Part shown: positions 1 to 13,171 of the stretch, one piece after another
Layout of the letters: each line of letters starts with the position of its first letter
Numbering within the stretch: the stretch's first letter is position 1
Assembly (NCBI GenBank): GCA_027923505.1
Contig: BROI01000001.1
Span: 558,001-622,000, forward strand
DNA from: Mayamaea pseudoterrestris
Taxonomy: Eukaryota
DNA: 64,000 nucleotides
Reading direction: 5' to 3'
Notes under the pieces: generated by a model
The model's input: only the letters and a program-made list of their open reading frames with translations
Told to the model about the DNA's origin: nothing
Database searches by the model: none
Position numbers and translations under genes: made by a program

Positions 1-1301
1 ACCGGTACGTGGTACATGTACATCGTACTGTTAAGTCATCCAGATCAACCTTGTTGTCAATGCGCTGTTAAGACCTCGGCTTTACCTCATGCGAGAGGTC
101 AATGCGCATCTTTCTCCGTCGGAGGTTAATCGTTTCGGGATCCCGTCACGATACGTTACGAGTTGCAGTTGTTCCGGCCTGCAACCAAAAGTGGAACCAC
201 AACTTAATGAGTTCAAGCTATCACACGATTCACATTACGCTTATCTGTAACGTTCATAGTGGCGCGAGGCTCATCGAAAGTTGAAAGAGTTTGTGGTCGA
301 AGGTCAAACCTAAAACGAGGAGCACATCTACAGATTGGTAGATTAAAGATAAGCACTCTGTGTACTGAAGCCGCAGAGAAGGAGCCGAAACCTCTCGTTT
401 TGAAATCTGTGTGCAGTGTGCAGTATCTACCGTAGCGGAGCATTGGTAACCGCGACTCTAGGAGGAACAATTACGGATCGTCTTCGTCTATCGCTTGCGT
501 TACGCACAATACCAATAGTCATCTCTGTTTAAATACCGGTGGCGGCTACTTTAAAGGGTTTCTGCAATAAGCTGCATGCAGCATCGCGACATTTACAGCC
601 AGGCACTTGCTCCAAAGCTGCAGAGTAGTGCTTATGTATCACATAGCAATAGTGTATCGGTATCTTACTTTGCTGATCATTTTTATGGCATGATTGTATT
701 CTACAGTGACTTTCGAATAGTCCAACTGCCACGAATGCTCTCGTTGTGTAGCTCAGTGCTTGAACCTGTCAATAACAAAAAAATGAGCAAATCGCACTGC
801 GCCAGACATGGCGTCACTATGATCGCAGCCGTTCTGAGGTGATGTTCGCTAGTCGTCCGGATACGGATGAACACGATTTCGTGACATAAGGCAATGCTTT
901 TGAGCTTCTTTCGGCCCTTTCGTTGCCGCCACGTCCGCACCTGTACCCTTCTTTGTCGCGTCATACATCGACGTGCAGCTGTTCCTTGGCCGAAGAACAG
1001 TCAAAATGAGCATGTTGACGAATCTCGGCAACGAATGCTAACGAAGGCTAACGGTAGCTAATGCATCCGTAGATATCAAAAGAGACCCGACTCTATTACG
1101 TTCCGTTCTTGCTTTTGCTCTAGACATTGCAACGAGGCTGTTCCATATGTATCAATGGTATTCCGAGCGGAACGTGACATGATAGAATCCTCTGACATCG
1201 TGACATGCACCAGATAATTTCACGGACGACGGCAATCAACATGCCATATCACACAAGCGGAGCAATTTGTCAGACACACTTTCATAATCTTTGTTACAAC
1301 C

Positions 1302-1559
1302 ATGAAACAACCTTTACATAGAATCCACCGGACCGGAAACATTGCACGGCAACCTACATCGATCTTCCCGCTTCATGAAATCTTTTGTCCATGCCCGTTC
1401 GTTGCCATGCAAGCTCAGTCACCGACACGCGACGTGGTCGAAGCTCGTATCCAGCAAGCCACTTACGATAGCGCCAAGCGAGAAAGAATCAAGAGTATTC
1501 TTTGCGCTGCATTTGACCTTATCGACTCCTTTGATGCATTTGACGAAGACACGACATGA
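1302..1559 (+). CDS. Small hypothetical protein (85 aa)
   Basis: Clean ATG ORF ending in an amphipathic helix plus acidic tail (IKSILCAAFDLIDSFDAFDEDTT). No recognisable domain. Confidence 0.35.
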   Translation: MKQPLHRIHRTGNIARQPTSIFPLHEIFCPCPFVAMQAQSPTRDVVEARIQQATYDSAKRERIKSILCAAFDLIDSFDAFDEDTT

Positions 1560-2662
1560 ACCAACTCCAAGCTCCGCGTCACACCCTGATCCGATATCAA
1601 CACCGCTGCACCTTTCCTTTCATCTACTCTACATGCTTGCTAATCAGCTACGTACAGGTAGGCTGCTTGGATCCGTTTCATCTTACATTCCCAAGTGGTT
1701 TATACATACAAGATAACTGACATTTATGTTCAGCACGTACGTGATTGAAGCTAGCTAAAGAAGCTACAAAAGATGTTAAGACGTCTGCAGGCAATGCTCA
1801 CCGACGTTACTTGTAGTACCTGAGCATCCCTGGCTATACATATTGAACCGTTCTAATTCCAGTTGGAGGCCATGCCATGTAGGAGAGTTAAAGTGGTGCG
1901 GTCAATTTCTATCTTCTACTTGACCAGTACCGTTACGATGTTAGTGCGACAGTGCCTGACGTCGCGCGACGTCGGAAACGGATTGCCTTCACCATGAGAT
2001 GGATCCGCGATCCGCGATCCGCGCACCCACAAACTTTCGTCCACTGACATTCCATGCTGCATCTTTTATGGACGCAAATGACCGACATGCAGTGGTACTG
2101 CTTTGCCGATTTCCTTTCGCAAAAAGCGAAGCGCAAGCAGACGCCGATGGACAGTCATCATTTTGATAGATTCTCGACGATTCGACCTTCGACCTTGATG
2201 CTCGTTGCTTGCTGCACGCCAGACCACATGACTGGCTTCGAGTCGCATAATGATGAGTAACTGCTTCTATGAATGAAACGATGCAGTGATTCCTGGGAGG
2301 CTTATTTCCTTCCAAAGTCAGCGTTTATGTGATGGCCGACGCCGACGACGAGTCTCACGAATCTTGTATATATTATCAAACAGATGCCATGCTCTTGATA
2401 ACAATTCCGATTGCATTAATTCATGTTGAAACACCACAATAGATGGATGCGATGTCTTGCCGATGGTAGGGCACGTGGCTCGACAAGGCCGCTGCAATTT
2501 ACAGGAAAACCCGACGAAAGTGGGCCACCTCAGAAAATCTCCAAAAGATCCACGGATCGCAAATCGACTCATATCTTCTCGCCGCCGGTAACTACATTTA
2601 TAACTTTGAAAGGCTAGTTCCTATACCGTCTTGTGCTTGTGCTGAACATTGATTTTGAGAGC

Positions 2663-5246
2663 ATGGGAAGAGGAGGTCACAAGCCCAAGATGGACGCGGC
2701 CGAACGGCGCCGACTCCGAGCTTTGAAGCGATTCAAACCACACGAGACTGCTGGTCAAGACGATTCAAACGATCAACCCATTGCGCCCTCGGTTCGTTAC
2801 GATGATGATTCACGCGTCGTTGACATGCTTGCCAAGAACGAAGACGAGCTCCTTAGCTTTGTTGCCCTTGTCAACAAGGTGTATGAACAGAAGCTTCACA
2901 AGGTGGCTCCATTCATGACGTTCGTTTTTGTCGGAATGCAGGTAAGTTTGTCGATAGTATATCGTTATAAATTGTGCCGCTCTAACATCAGGCGTTCGGT
3001 AGTCTACAGGAAAGAGTACCATCATGGAGCGGTTCATGGCCGCTCCGTTGAACATTGTGCAAGAAGGCACTGGAACTCGCTGCCCGCTCGATACTACGTG
3101 CATCCATGATGAAACTTGTTCGGAACCCGTCTGCGTGCTATATGGGGAGGAGCTTCTCCCGTCGCAAAGTGGAGAGAACTTGTCAGTCAGTGATGTTTTC
3201 GAAAGCATTGTGGCACATAACAAGCGCTTGGGCGACGAAGATCGTTTCAGCACGAAGCCAATCCATCTCCATTACAGATCCAAGTCCGTGCAGAACATGC
3301 GCTTTGTTGATACGCCTGGAATCATTGAGACGCTGAGCACGGTACGTATAACACGAGTATTAAATCTTGCTTAATGAACCCTTCACTGAATCATTTTGTT
3401 GGAATTATAGGGGAAGGACAATCGTGCTGAGATCAAGTCAATCTTGGTCAGCGAGATGAGCAAGGAAAACACAAAGCTCTGCGTTTTGGTAGAGCCCAAG
3501 GAGTTTGCCACCAATGCGATCATCCGCATCTGCGACGAGACATTCGGCTCGAGGGAGTGGACGCGCAACAGCATTTTCTTGATGACAAAGTTCGACAAGC
3601 AGGCTGAGGATTCGCGCACTGGCAGCAAAGCCAATAAGTTCTTTAGAGAGTTTCTTGAAAATGGCTGCATACCCTACTTGACCATTACGCCAACGTTGCC
3701 AAAGGAAGACCTTGATCCCGAGGAGCTTTTCAATGAGCGCCGCAAGCTTCTTGAGTCTTCCGATCGCTTCGAGAGCGATAGGTTCAAGGTTTGGAAGGAA
3801 CAGCACGACTTGTTCAAGGACATGAACGGCGACGAGGATCTTGATCAGCGAGTCAACGACAAGCTTGGTTTTCCGGTGGCGAAAAAGAAAATGCGAGAAA
3901 TTATGCTCGAAGACACTATCAAGCGTTTACCGGAGGTGATTGCGTCTCTTCGTTCCGAGCTCGACGCTTGTCGCAAAGAGCTGACGATTTTCAAGGAGAA
4001 GGACAAGATGACCGACCCGCAAGAGCTGAAACTCATCGTTTCTGACTTGCTGCATTCGATTCAGGAGCGGCTTCTTGCTTACTTGAATGGTGACTTGAAA
4101 TCGGCGATGGATAATCAAGGCAGGCTCCAGACCCTATTGGATGAAATCGACGAGGAGGAGGATTCGGATTGGGCGCTCCAGGAGCTTAATTTTCATTCGG
4201 AGAATGAGGGAGTCTGGCGCGACAAGATCGTCATGATTGAAGACTACCCGCTTCAACTTATGGCTGATGCAAAATTTCTCGGAGGGAAGCAAGTGCAGCG
4301 AGCCATCACTTTCTTCAAGTACGCCACCCTTGACAGTCTACCAGATCCTTACAAGCTGAAGGATCAAGTGGCAAACATTACAGGCTACATGAACGGAGGC
4401 CTGAACCAAGAAGATTGGGAACGCGCCATGGTGCAAATTACTACCGTGCTGATGAAGGATGTCTCGCATCCAGGCGTCAACTATGTTGTGAAACACATTG
4501 GAAGCATCTTTCGGCGCCTCTTTGACATTGCGCTTGAAGATGTCAAGCACGGAGAGGAAAGGTCATCGGCTTATCAGCACATTCCTACAGCGGTTGAAAA
4601 GTACCTCAAGAGCGAGTTTGACAAAATGCTTTGGGCGCTGATGAAGTTGTCGGCCGACCGCATCCATTGTGCCGTTGAACCAATGTACTCGTCAATCAAT
4701 CCGAATCTTCCAAACTACCATCCTTGTGGTCACATGAAGGATGGCGATTGTCCAACTTATCGTATGGACGAGCACGGCGAGTATGTCTCTGTTCTCACGC
4801 AGAAGCAGGAAGTGGAGGCGAACTGGACCGATTGGGTGAAGAGCCGTCTTCGCGCTTTGACTGATGGGGCTGATAAGGCAAAGGAGTTTCTCAAGAGCGA
4901 GTTTCAAAAGAAGGCTATGAGCAAAAAGTCCTTCCTTCCAAGCGAACGGTCGTCCATGATTACCAACGACGAAGTGGAAATGATTTTGCATTCGTCGTTT
5001 GCTTACCTTGTCGCGCTGACGGAACACATCCTCATTGATTTCGAGTTTCAAATCAATCACTACCTTTATCAGGGATTTAAGCGAGAGCTTTCCAGATCGT
5101 TCATGCGCGCTGGGAGCGAGGCGAATTGGGAAGCGCTCGTGCGCCGCGACGCATCGGTGCGAGTTGCCATTGCGAAACTTGAAGATCAAATGGAAAGCTT
5201 GACAGAGTCGCTCTGTGAAGTTCAAAAACTGAATCAAAAGTTCTAA
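2663..5246 (+). CDS. Dynamin-related GTPase (possibly DRP5/ARC5-like), 3 exons
   Basis: Removing GT-AG introns 2942-3002 and 3342-3410 rebuilds G1 GMQSTGKST, G2 TRCP, G3 DTPG and G4 TKFD. A long helical stalk-like region follows. A CTAAC branch-point-like motif lies at ~2982. Confidence 0.88.
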
Positions 5247-5743
5247 GTGCCTTTTAAACAGACGCGGGATGTAGTTTCGGTCATGAGTTTGTGTTTGTTC
5301 GCGAGTGACTTTTTTATTGTACTCGTAGTCGTACTAGCGAGAGTATGGTAACAAAGGGCGCCTAACTTGTCGGGTATACCACTTGCCACTCCCGCTTCAC
5401 CCGCTACATCATTATCATCGGGTTAACTGTAATTAAGCTACCACTGCAACTTACTGCAACTGTTTGACAAGATTGGAGATATGCATGCAAATCACGCCGC
5501 GAATTTGGGCGCTCATCCAGGCAAGATCGCCAAAAGATGCGACTAACGCTGTGACATGGTCCTTAACCGTAAGTCGGTAGCATTTGTTCCGAGCCGTTGC
5601 GTTTGCTGCTGCACCGCCAAGTCGACAATGGCGGTCGAGTCCTGTGACAGCAATTTTCGCAGCCTTTATTCTACATCGCCTCCTTGTTTGCTTCCTGATT
5701 AATTGACTGCTTCGACCCATTAAATCAATCTACACTCGTCATC

Positions 5744-6729
5744 ATGGGAAATTTGCTTGGCAAGGACAAGCCTCTCAAGGAAGTGCTTCGCGAAAACAAG
5801 CGCATGATCAACAAAGCGGTTCGTGAGCTTGACCGAGAGAAGCGCGGCCTTGAAAACGAGGAGAAGCGACTAACAATTGAAATCAAAAAGGCAGCCAAGG
5901 AGAATCAAATGCAGAGCGTCAAAATAATGGCAAAAGTAAGAATCGAACGAAAGGTGATTCATGCGCGACGAATGTTTAACGGCATGCTGAACCTCAACCG
6001 TTCGTCTCGTTTGCTTTCCTTGTTACTGCCAGGACCTTGTACGGACGCGCCAACATGTCAGCAAGTTTATTGGTGCGTAGACGACATGGAATGGAATGGA
6101 GGTTTGTCGTATATGCGACTCCATGGGGGGTATCCTTCTATTGCTACTTGCAACGCTCGTCATCTGTCTCATTTGTTTCTTTCACTCACCTTTGTTACAG
6201 AAATGCGATCGCATTTGCAAGGCTGCGCCCTCAAGCTGCAAACGGTCAAAAGCCATCAAGCCATGGCGGACGCCATGATGAATACTGCGAATGCCATGAA
6301 GAAGATGAACAAGGCGGTGAACGTGCAAACCATTACGAGTGAGTATGCGGCTTGCTTGTCTTGCGCCATGCTATTCCACACTTAGATTCCATGCTAATTC
6401 AATATCTTGTTACTCTCTGTATTTCAGAAATGATGGCCGAATTTGAAAAGGAGAATGCAAAGACGGAAATGATGCAGGAAGTCATGGGCGACGCCATTGA
6501 TGATGCCTTGGCGGACGATACCATGGCGTCGGAGGAGCAGGAGGCGCAGATTGTCAATCAAGTATTGGACGAAATTGGTATTACCTTTACCAATGAGCTG
6601 CCGGAGGCGAGTCGACAGCAATTAGCGCAAGAGGCTGATGGGCCAGCCAAGGTTGCTGTGGCTGGAGGCGGCGTTGAGGATCCGGCCTTGTCGGATTTGG
6701 AAGCGCGATTGAACAACTTGAAGCGATGA
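5744..6729 (+). CDS. VPS2: ESCRT-III Snf7-family protein Vps2/CHMP2, 4 exons
   Basis: MGNLLGKDKPLKEVLRENKRMINKAVRELDRE...KIMAK|DLVRTR, with C-terminal DLEARLNNLKR (MIM1-like). Introns 5936-6032, 6073-6200 and 6339-6427 are all GT-AG and preserve frame. Confidence 0.92.
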
Positions 6730-6954
6730 GCAAGTAGGAAGACTAGTGAAATTAAATGTAAATGCTGAAATAGACTATCATTGTGTTCCATAGTAGACTA
6801 TACTGGTGTTCTGGTTGTTATAGCTGAGTTCGGTACTGTGCCGTAGGATGATGTGCAAGCGTATCTCCGAAAATTCGCATTGCATCGTTCGCAAACGCAT
6901 CGCATACTCGACTGAAAGAGGAATGATATACTCGCAAGTATAATTGTAAACATG

Positions 6955-7840
6955 TTACTTCTTTTGATAGTCATACAATGGACTTGGCGCTGGATTACGT
7001 CGAGTGTAAAAGACAACTTCGTCCTCCAGCCGCCCCGTCTTGCCGGCACGTACAATGCGCACGTCGCTTTGGAGGTAGGTTGTCCTCCAAACGCGACTTG
7101 TGTTTGCTTCAAACTGCTTGGTGAATAGTGGAAACCCAAACAGTTTGATTTGAAGCTGCTTGAACGTAACCTTCCAGTGGTTGGCTCCCCAGTCACGATT
7201 CTTGTCCGATGGAGACGACGACGACTCGTCGAGTTTGTCGCCCTTGTCTCGAATAACGAAACCGTCCCAGTCTTCCCATATTCCGTCCAGCGTTGCCGTT
7301 AGCCAGTCATTGGGTGATACTTTGAGGAAATTCTGGTACCCGCCGTCTCGGCCAATGAACTGACTCGACGTGCCCTGGAAAGGACCCAAAACTCCATTGC
7401 TCGGAGGAGGGCAGTCTGGATGATTCGATCGAAGAGAAGAAACAGAAGAAGACTCGATTGTTGAATAGCTTGATTACAGTTGACACGTCGTTTCTTTTCC
7501 ATTCGTCTCGCCATCGCGATTCACGAACTATGCTGCGCACCGACGCACCTGTGTACCAAACATGCCACTCTCCGCGAAATTCTTCCTGTCGATTCGGCTT
7601 CTTGATCGACTCCATTGCTTCTAGTTGCGAAATGAGCTTTCGAGGGTCGCGATTTTCGCGAATACAGCCATCAATTTGCTCATAAAGCTGCAAGTGCTGC
7701 GCAATGTTCTTGGTCGAAGCAACCGCATTGACGGCAAAGGTCCGATCAAGTCTAATCGAAACACTTGCAAAGGACGAGACACCAATGATCTGGGAGAATA
7801 GCAGTGGAGACATGAGTTGAGTCATAGTAGATGCCATCAT
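6955..7840 (-). CDS. PAP-fibrillin-like plastid lipid-associated protein, 2 exons
   Basis: LISQLEAM...GEWHVWYT|DCPPPSNG...WRTTYLQSDVRIVRAG fits the fibrillin pattern. GT-AG intron at 7416-7548. Hydrophobic N-terminus followed by SS-F suggests a bipartite plastid leader. Confidence 0.7.
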
Positions 7841-8463
7841 ATTGGTCAGCAGCTAGCAGCGGCAAAGCGGCAAAGAGCAAAGATAGATGACGAAGCGCGT
7901 CAACTTGATGCGAGGTTTAAAAAATGCGTCGTTCCGGTGATGAATGAGTACCGAAGTGACTGGTTCGAAACTCGCGGGAAATTGCAATGCGTCGATAATG
8001 ATCTGGTTTACAGCCTTCAATTTAAGCTATAAGCTTGCGATATAATGTTTCGATAACCTACATGTCATACTGTCGAACATGCAGACTTTGGCCTGGCGGA
8101 ATGTGTAGTTGCGACATCGAGCAGCAAAGTATGCAGGATCAGATATCCACACCTTTTTTGCTTGTATCATACCGTCAGACGAGTGGCGGGTCTTGCTACA
8201 AGAGTAAGCCAAAGCTGAATCGATAATGCAACTGAACTTGTAGTCGATCCGACCTCCGCAGCGTTGACTTCCGTCGAGTTTGAAACATGGTACGAGTACA
8301 GTGAGTATTCAGCTGAAATGTGTAATGTACATTTTGTAAGAGTAACTATTACTTTAGCATCCATCGAACAGCTATTTGCAGTTGTGTCTCGCCCATGGGT
8401 TGGCAAGGCATTGTAGCAGAGCGGCCAATGCTATGTTCGCGCAGTAGATGCTGTGACAAGCAA

Positions 8464-9612
8464 TCAAAAGACAAACTGGTGTTCACGCTGGCTAGCAACG
8501 TCCGCCAACATACCAGTAGAAGAAACATATTCTTTGAGTCTATAGTTTCGTTGCGGATTGCGCAGCTTGTTGAGTGCTCGCGCCTCAATGCGGCGAAGAG
8601 CATCCCGTCGAATGCCAAGCCTTGTTGAGGTTTCCTCCCGATTGCGGGGCTTGCCGTCGCTCAAGCCAAACCTGCATAGTATGACAGCTCGCTCCTTTTC
8701 AGGAAGCTGATTCACAACTTCCAAAACGTCTCGTTTCAAGTATTCAGCGTGAATTTCCTCCTCGGCAGTAGGAGCGTCGCAGGCAAGAAAGTCGCTGATT
8801 GTTCGAGTCTCTTGCTTGGCAGCCGGCGACCGGAGCAACATTTCCAAGCTCACGACGGTTCGACTGTTTGTTAACGCCTTTTCAAGCCTTTCAACGGGAA
8901 TTCCAAGCTGTTGGGCAAGTTCATCAGTCGTTGGTTCACGTCGTAGCTCAATCATTAAGCGCAATCTCGTCTTTTGGATCTTTTGCAGCGTCATGTGCAT
9001 GTGCGCCGGAAGGCGAATGGTTCGACTGCTGTCATTGATGGATCGCAGTATCCGTTGTCTAATCCACCATGTTGCATATGTTGAAAATTTGAAGCCCTTG
9101 GTTGGCTCGAATCGTTCCGCTGCGTCCATGAGTCCAATGTAACCCTCCTGGACAAGGTCATGCTGGGAAAGAATTGTACCAACGCAGCTGTAGTAGTATC
9201 GCTTGGCGATGCTCACGACGAGGCCGATATTTGCCGAAATGAGAGCATCTCTGGCAGCTTGTCCATCTTCAATGATTCGTTGCTGTCGTCGTCGTTGTTG
9301 ATCCATGCTTTCGTCGTTCGCAGCGTCATCGCCAATCACTTTGACATTTCGTATCCGCGATGCACTTTTTATTAGATGCGAGTAATGAGTTTCCTCGTCA
9401 CGAGAGAGACCTGTGCTTTTTGTATATTTTGGGAACGAAACTTGGTCGACATAGATGCGAGAAGCCATGGACAGGCGCGTCGAAGGACTGTCATGCTTTG
9501 ATGGATGCCGACAATCTTTGCAGCCTCGTGGCGCGGCTGCTGTTTTCGGACGCACAAAACCATTTACGTTGCAGAGACAGCCGACTAGCAGTATGTAAGT
9601 TACTCGAAGCAT
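8464..9612 (-). CDS. Nuclear-encoded plastid RNA polymerase sigma-70 factor
   Basis: Region 2 (ANIGLVVSIAKRY, DLVQEGYIGL, FEPTKGFKFSTYATWWIRQ), region 3 (RREPTTDELA) and region 4 HTH (RRIEARALNKLR). Likely start at ATG 9612, giving a signal peptide MLRVTYILLVGCLCNVNG-F. Confidence 0.93.
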   Translation of the reverse strand: MLRVTYILLVGCLCNVNGFVRPKTAAAPRGCKDCRHPSKHDSPSTRLSMASRIYVDQVSFPKYTKSTGLSRDEETHYSHLIKSASRIRNVKVIGDDAANDESMDQQRRRQQRIIEDGQAARDALISANIGLVVSIAKRYYYSCVGTILSQHDLVQEGYIGLMDAAERFEPTKGFKFSTYATWWIRQRILRSINDSSRTIRLPAHMHMTLQKIQKTRLRLMIELRREPTTDELAQQLGIPVERLEKALTNSRTVVSLEMLLRSPAAKQETRTISDFLACDAPTAEEEIHAEYLKRDVLEVVNQLPEKERAVILCRFGLSDGKPRNREETSTRLGIRRDALRRIEARALNKLRNPQRNYRLKEYVSSTGMLADVASQREHQFVF

Positions 9613-10080
9613 GATGGTATTCGTGACAATCTTACAGGACAGAGATTCTTGCTTGTTGTAAGTAGTGAAGGTGTGAAGGAGATGCAAATGCGAAACCGAG
9701 CATCGCAAGTTGGTTGGTCGCGTGCGTGCGTCTGCATGATTGCGTTCGTTTGATGACGTACGCGATGTTGGAGTCGCTTCGGTATCCAAGAGTAACGTTA
9801 CGACTTGAGCTAAGGCGGATTGCGTTTTCTCTTGCAACTGTACCTACCGGTACCGCTTGCCTCGAGTGTACGGCGTCGTTATTTTTCATATGAACAGACA
9901 CTGATTCTCTTAATGCTTTTCTCTAAAGTTATTGTTCCTATAATCGTTCACTGTTCCTTGGTTGAGCAAAAGCAGCACGTCTTACACCGCAGTAAAGAAT
10001 ATCGTACCCCAAGAATTGCTAATCTCATGAATCCAGCCGACACATCACTTGCCATGTCGCGGACAATCCAATATGGACTT

Positions 10081-11174
10081 CTATTTAAAGTGCTTCTTGA
10101 TTAAATTCAGTAGCCGGTCTGGACGATTGACGCACATTTGATCAACGCCTGTATTCATGACAGCCTGGTAGCACGACTCATCCTCGTTTCCAGCGTCACT
10201 GTAGCCTTGAGCATCACTATACATGGCCACCGGACCACGAAACCACGCCATGCTTTGCAAACCGGCCTTGCGAATGGAAGCAATCCTACCGACTGTGCAA
10301 GTATCGTAGCGCATACAAACTTCCGACGCACCAATCGCCAAGGCGCGCTCAATGAAATCGCTCGGCACAATAGCTCCAAACAATGCTCCAGTGCGATAGA
10401 CATGTTCACCATTGTCATGCTTTTGCGGACGCATTCTACGAATGAGCTCGAGTCGCTCGTGGTAGTAGGAAACGTACATGCACTGGTGCACCATGTCGAG
10501 CTCATCGACAAGCTTCAACGTTGGTTCCACAGTGTTTGGTCCCTTGAGCTCAATCTTGATCTTGGTCTTGCTTCCCTTCAAGTCCAGTAACACTTGCTTG
10601 AGGGTTGGAATCTTGACGTGCGAGTCAATCATGCATGGAAAGCCGGGATAGTCTGGATCAAACTCCAACTGCTGAATCTCCTTGTACGTCAAATCGGTAA
10701 TGGATCCAGTTTGATCAAGCATGTAGCCAGTCATGTCGCCAGGAAACTCATCCGCCCCACTTCCATGAAAGACGACGAGTTCGTCCTTTACCTAAATTAA
10801 ACGAAAAAGATGTGCAGGCGTTAAGAATGTATCCAGTATGTGTGAAGATAAACATCTCATTCTCGTTGCAGCATCACGTTGACAAAGCATACCTGAAAGA
10901 CATCCAGTTCCACATAGTCGCATCCAATGGCAACGCAGTGCTTGAATCCAGCCCGAGTATTCTCAACGCAATGATACAGGGCGCCGCGATGGCCAACAAC
11001 CTGCGGAGGAACTTTCGGGCCGCCATTACTCGTTTCTTGGACTCCAAGCATTCGCCAGAGACTCGTCTCTTGACGAGCAGGAGGAGGGGTCACGGGCCGA
11101 GGCGGCAGCACTTGCTTACTTTCCGTCGTCTTCGTCGTGGGTTTACTGGTAGAACTCGTCATCGTCGTCATCAT
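10081..11174 (-). CDS. Glycerophosphodiester phosphodiesterase (GDPD), 2 exons
   Basis: VVGHRGA...ENT...YVELDVFQ|VKDELVVFHG...IPTL...IELK. GT-AG intron at 10792-10892. Confidence 0.92.
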
Positions 11175-11664
11175 GATGAATATATTCTCGTATTAAAACT
11201 GGCTGATGATGCAATAGCGATTGATGCTGCAAAGAAACTCGTTGGTACATTCGATAGGTTCAAATGGAAATAGTCGCGTTGCAGCTGTTATAAAAGAATG
11301 ATCTGAAAGCGCTGCAGTTGAGAGAGAGCGAAGGTGCGACGACAAAGTTCGATGCCTTTTTCGTTTGGATTTTCTTGCGTCGTGCCGGATGATGATCATG
11401 ATGGAAGGCGTTGGCGATGGTCGGAATGCAATGGCGCAAGATGATTCGCGCCCCTCATCTGCTTCTTTCAAACGTGTGGCTGAGGTGGCGAGGATCGGCG
11501 CAGTTTCAGTCGTGTAAAAGTAACCGCTGGGACTATGATAGTTCTTTCGCGATCTTTTTGCGATGCGAAGATACAAGACCAATGCAGTCCACACCGATGA
11601 AGCCTTGTGAACGCATAGAGCTCCAAGTAATTCATATGCAAAGAGATGAATTTGAGTTGAAGAG

Positions 11665-12998
11665 GTGCAGCAGCAGGAAGCAGCTCTCCATTCGCTGGTT
11701 CGGTCCAAAGATCTTCTATTACCGCTCAGACGTGCTAACCGCTACGACTTTAGCGGACTCTGGCGTTCGCTCAAGTCGACCATGACGAAAGGCATCACCA
11801 CCATGGCACCAAATTGGACCACTGCCTACTACTGTACAGTAATAGATTCTTTTCTTTCGGTAATTTATCGTTTCCGAAGAACTGAAGACTTTGAAAGCGT
11901 AATGGTTAATTTTCCGCTCACCTTTGTCACGGAAAGGTTCGATGCCAACAGAGCGGCCATTCCTTACGTTATCCTTGCGACTTTGACGGTCTTAGTGTCA
12001 CTATCGGCTCCCGAAGGAGCAGCTGACGCTTACAAGATATCTAAAACTGTCATTGTCGCAATATTGACGCTTTTGGTGCTGTATACATTGCTTGGAAGTG
12101 ATCCAGGTATCTGGGAACGTAATTACACGCAACAACTTCTGCTACTGATGCGACGACAATACCCGACAGAGCGGCTGATTTGGAGACCAGAAACCTTTTA
12201 GTGTCAACGGAAGAAGCAGCGAAAGTCGAGCTGTCGCAAGATGAATCCAGCGACGAAAATAATGGCGAGTCTGACAATCTCCAATGCGCACCTTTACGCA
12301 TTTCGGCTAGCGAATCACAATGTCCTAGGCGCCGAAAGTACTGCAACCTTTGTCAAACATGGCCACCATTGAGATCACATCACTGCAAAGCCTGTAACCA
12401 ATGCGTCGCTACCTTTGACCATCATTGCAGTTTCATTGGCGTTTGCATTGGCGAGCGCAACCACGCTCGGTTCCTTGCCTTTCTTATACTGCAACTGCTT
12501 GCCTTTTGGCAATGCTGGCAAATCATTTCGACGAGCCCCTTTGGAATATGGAGCTTGCTTGTGCATAATACTCGCACAAACTCGTCATACGAACTACTCG
12601 CTTCTCTTTACATGACTGTGGCCAAGACTTGCATATATTTATTGACAGTGCTGGCGTTGATCATGGTGATTATACATGTATTATTGGCATTGACCAATAG
12701 CACAACGTTTGAATTCGCAAAAGCATCGCACTTGGACTATATGCAAGGGATGGATGCCATGGCGATGCCATTTAGTAAAGGCAACATGTGCGCTAACTTG
12801 AAAGCCTTTGTCCAGCGCGACGATTGCTTTCAACCATTCATGTTTCGGCCTGGCGCGCGACGACATGACAATGACGAGACTGTCCATCAGGCTTCAGCGT
12901 GGACACCCATAGATTGGTCTTTACCAACGGTTGCGCCGAGAGACAGCGAAGACTGGTGGAACCATCCGTGGCGCAATAAGTATTGGAGTTGCTGCTAA
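11665..12998 (+). CDS. DHHC-type palmitoyl acyltransferase (exon junction or frameshift near 12100-12200 unresolved; start approximate)
   Basis: CNLCQTWPPLRSHHCKACNQCVATFDHHCSFIGVCIGERNHARF, a TTFE motif and TM helices. The upstream ORF supplies TM segments and the SDPG motif. Confidence 0.85.
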
Positions 12999-13171
12999 AA
13001 ATCTACATGGTCAAGTCCATTTGTAATGCCCTTTTGCATGCTAATGATCATCAACCTTTTAACTGTACTTAATCTTTTCTTGTTAGCTGGAACAGTAGTG
13101 CTACTCATTCAATCGATTGGTAACCTGAACGACTTATTGCAGCCAATTCATTACGGTCGTAGCATTTGTCG

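Noticed and set aside
8464..9837. Sigma-70 as evidence of bacterial contamination or recent HGT
   Set aside because: It is flanked by intron-containing eukaryotic genes and carries a signal-peptide-plus-Phe leader, as expected for a nuclear-encoded plastid sigma factor.
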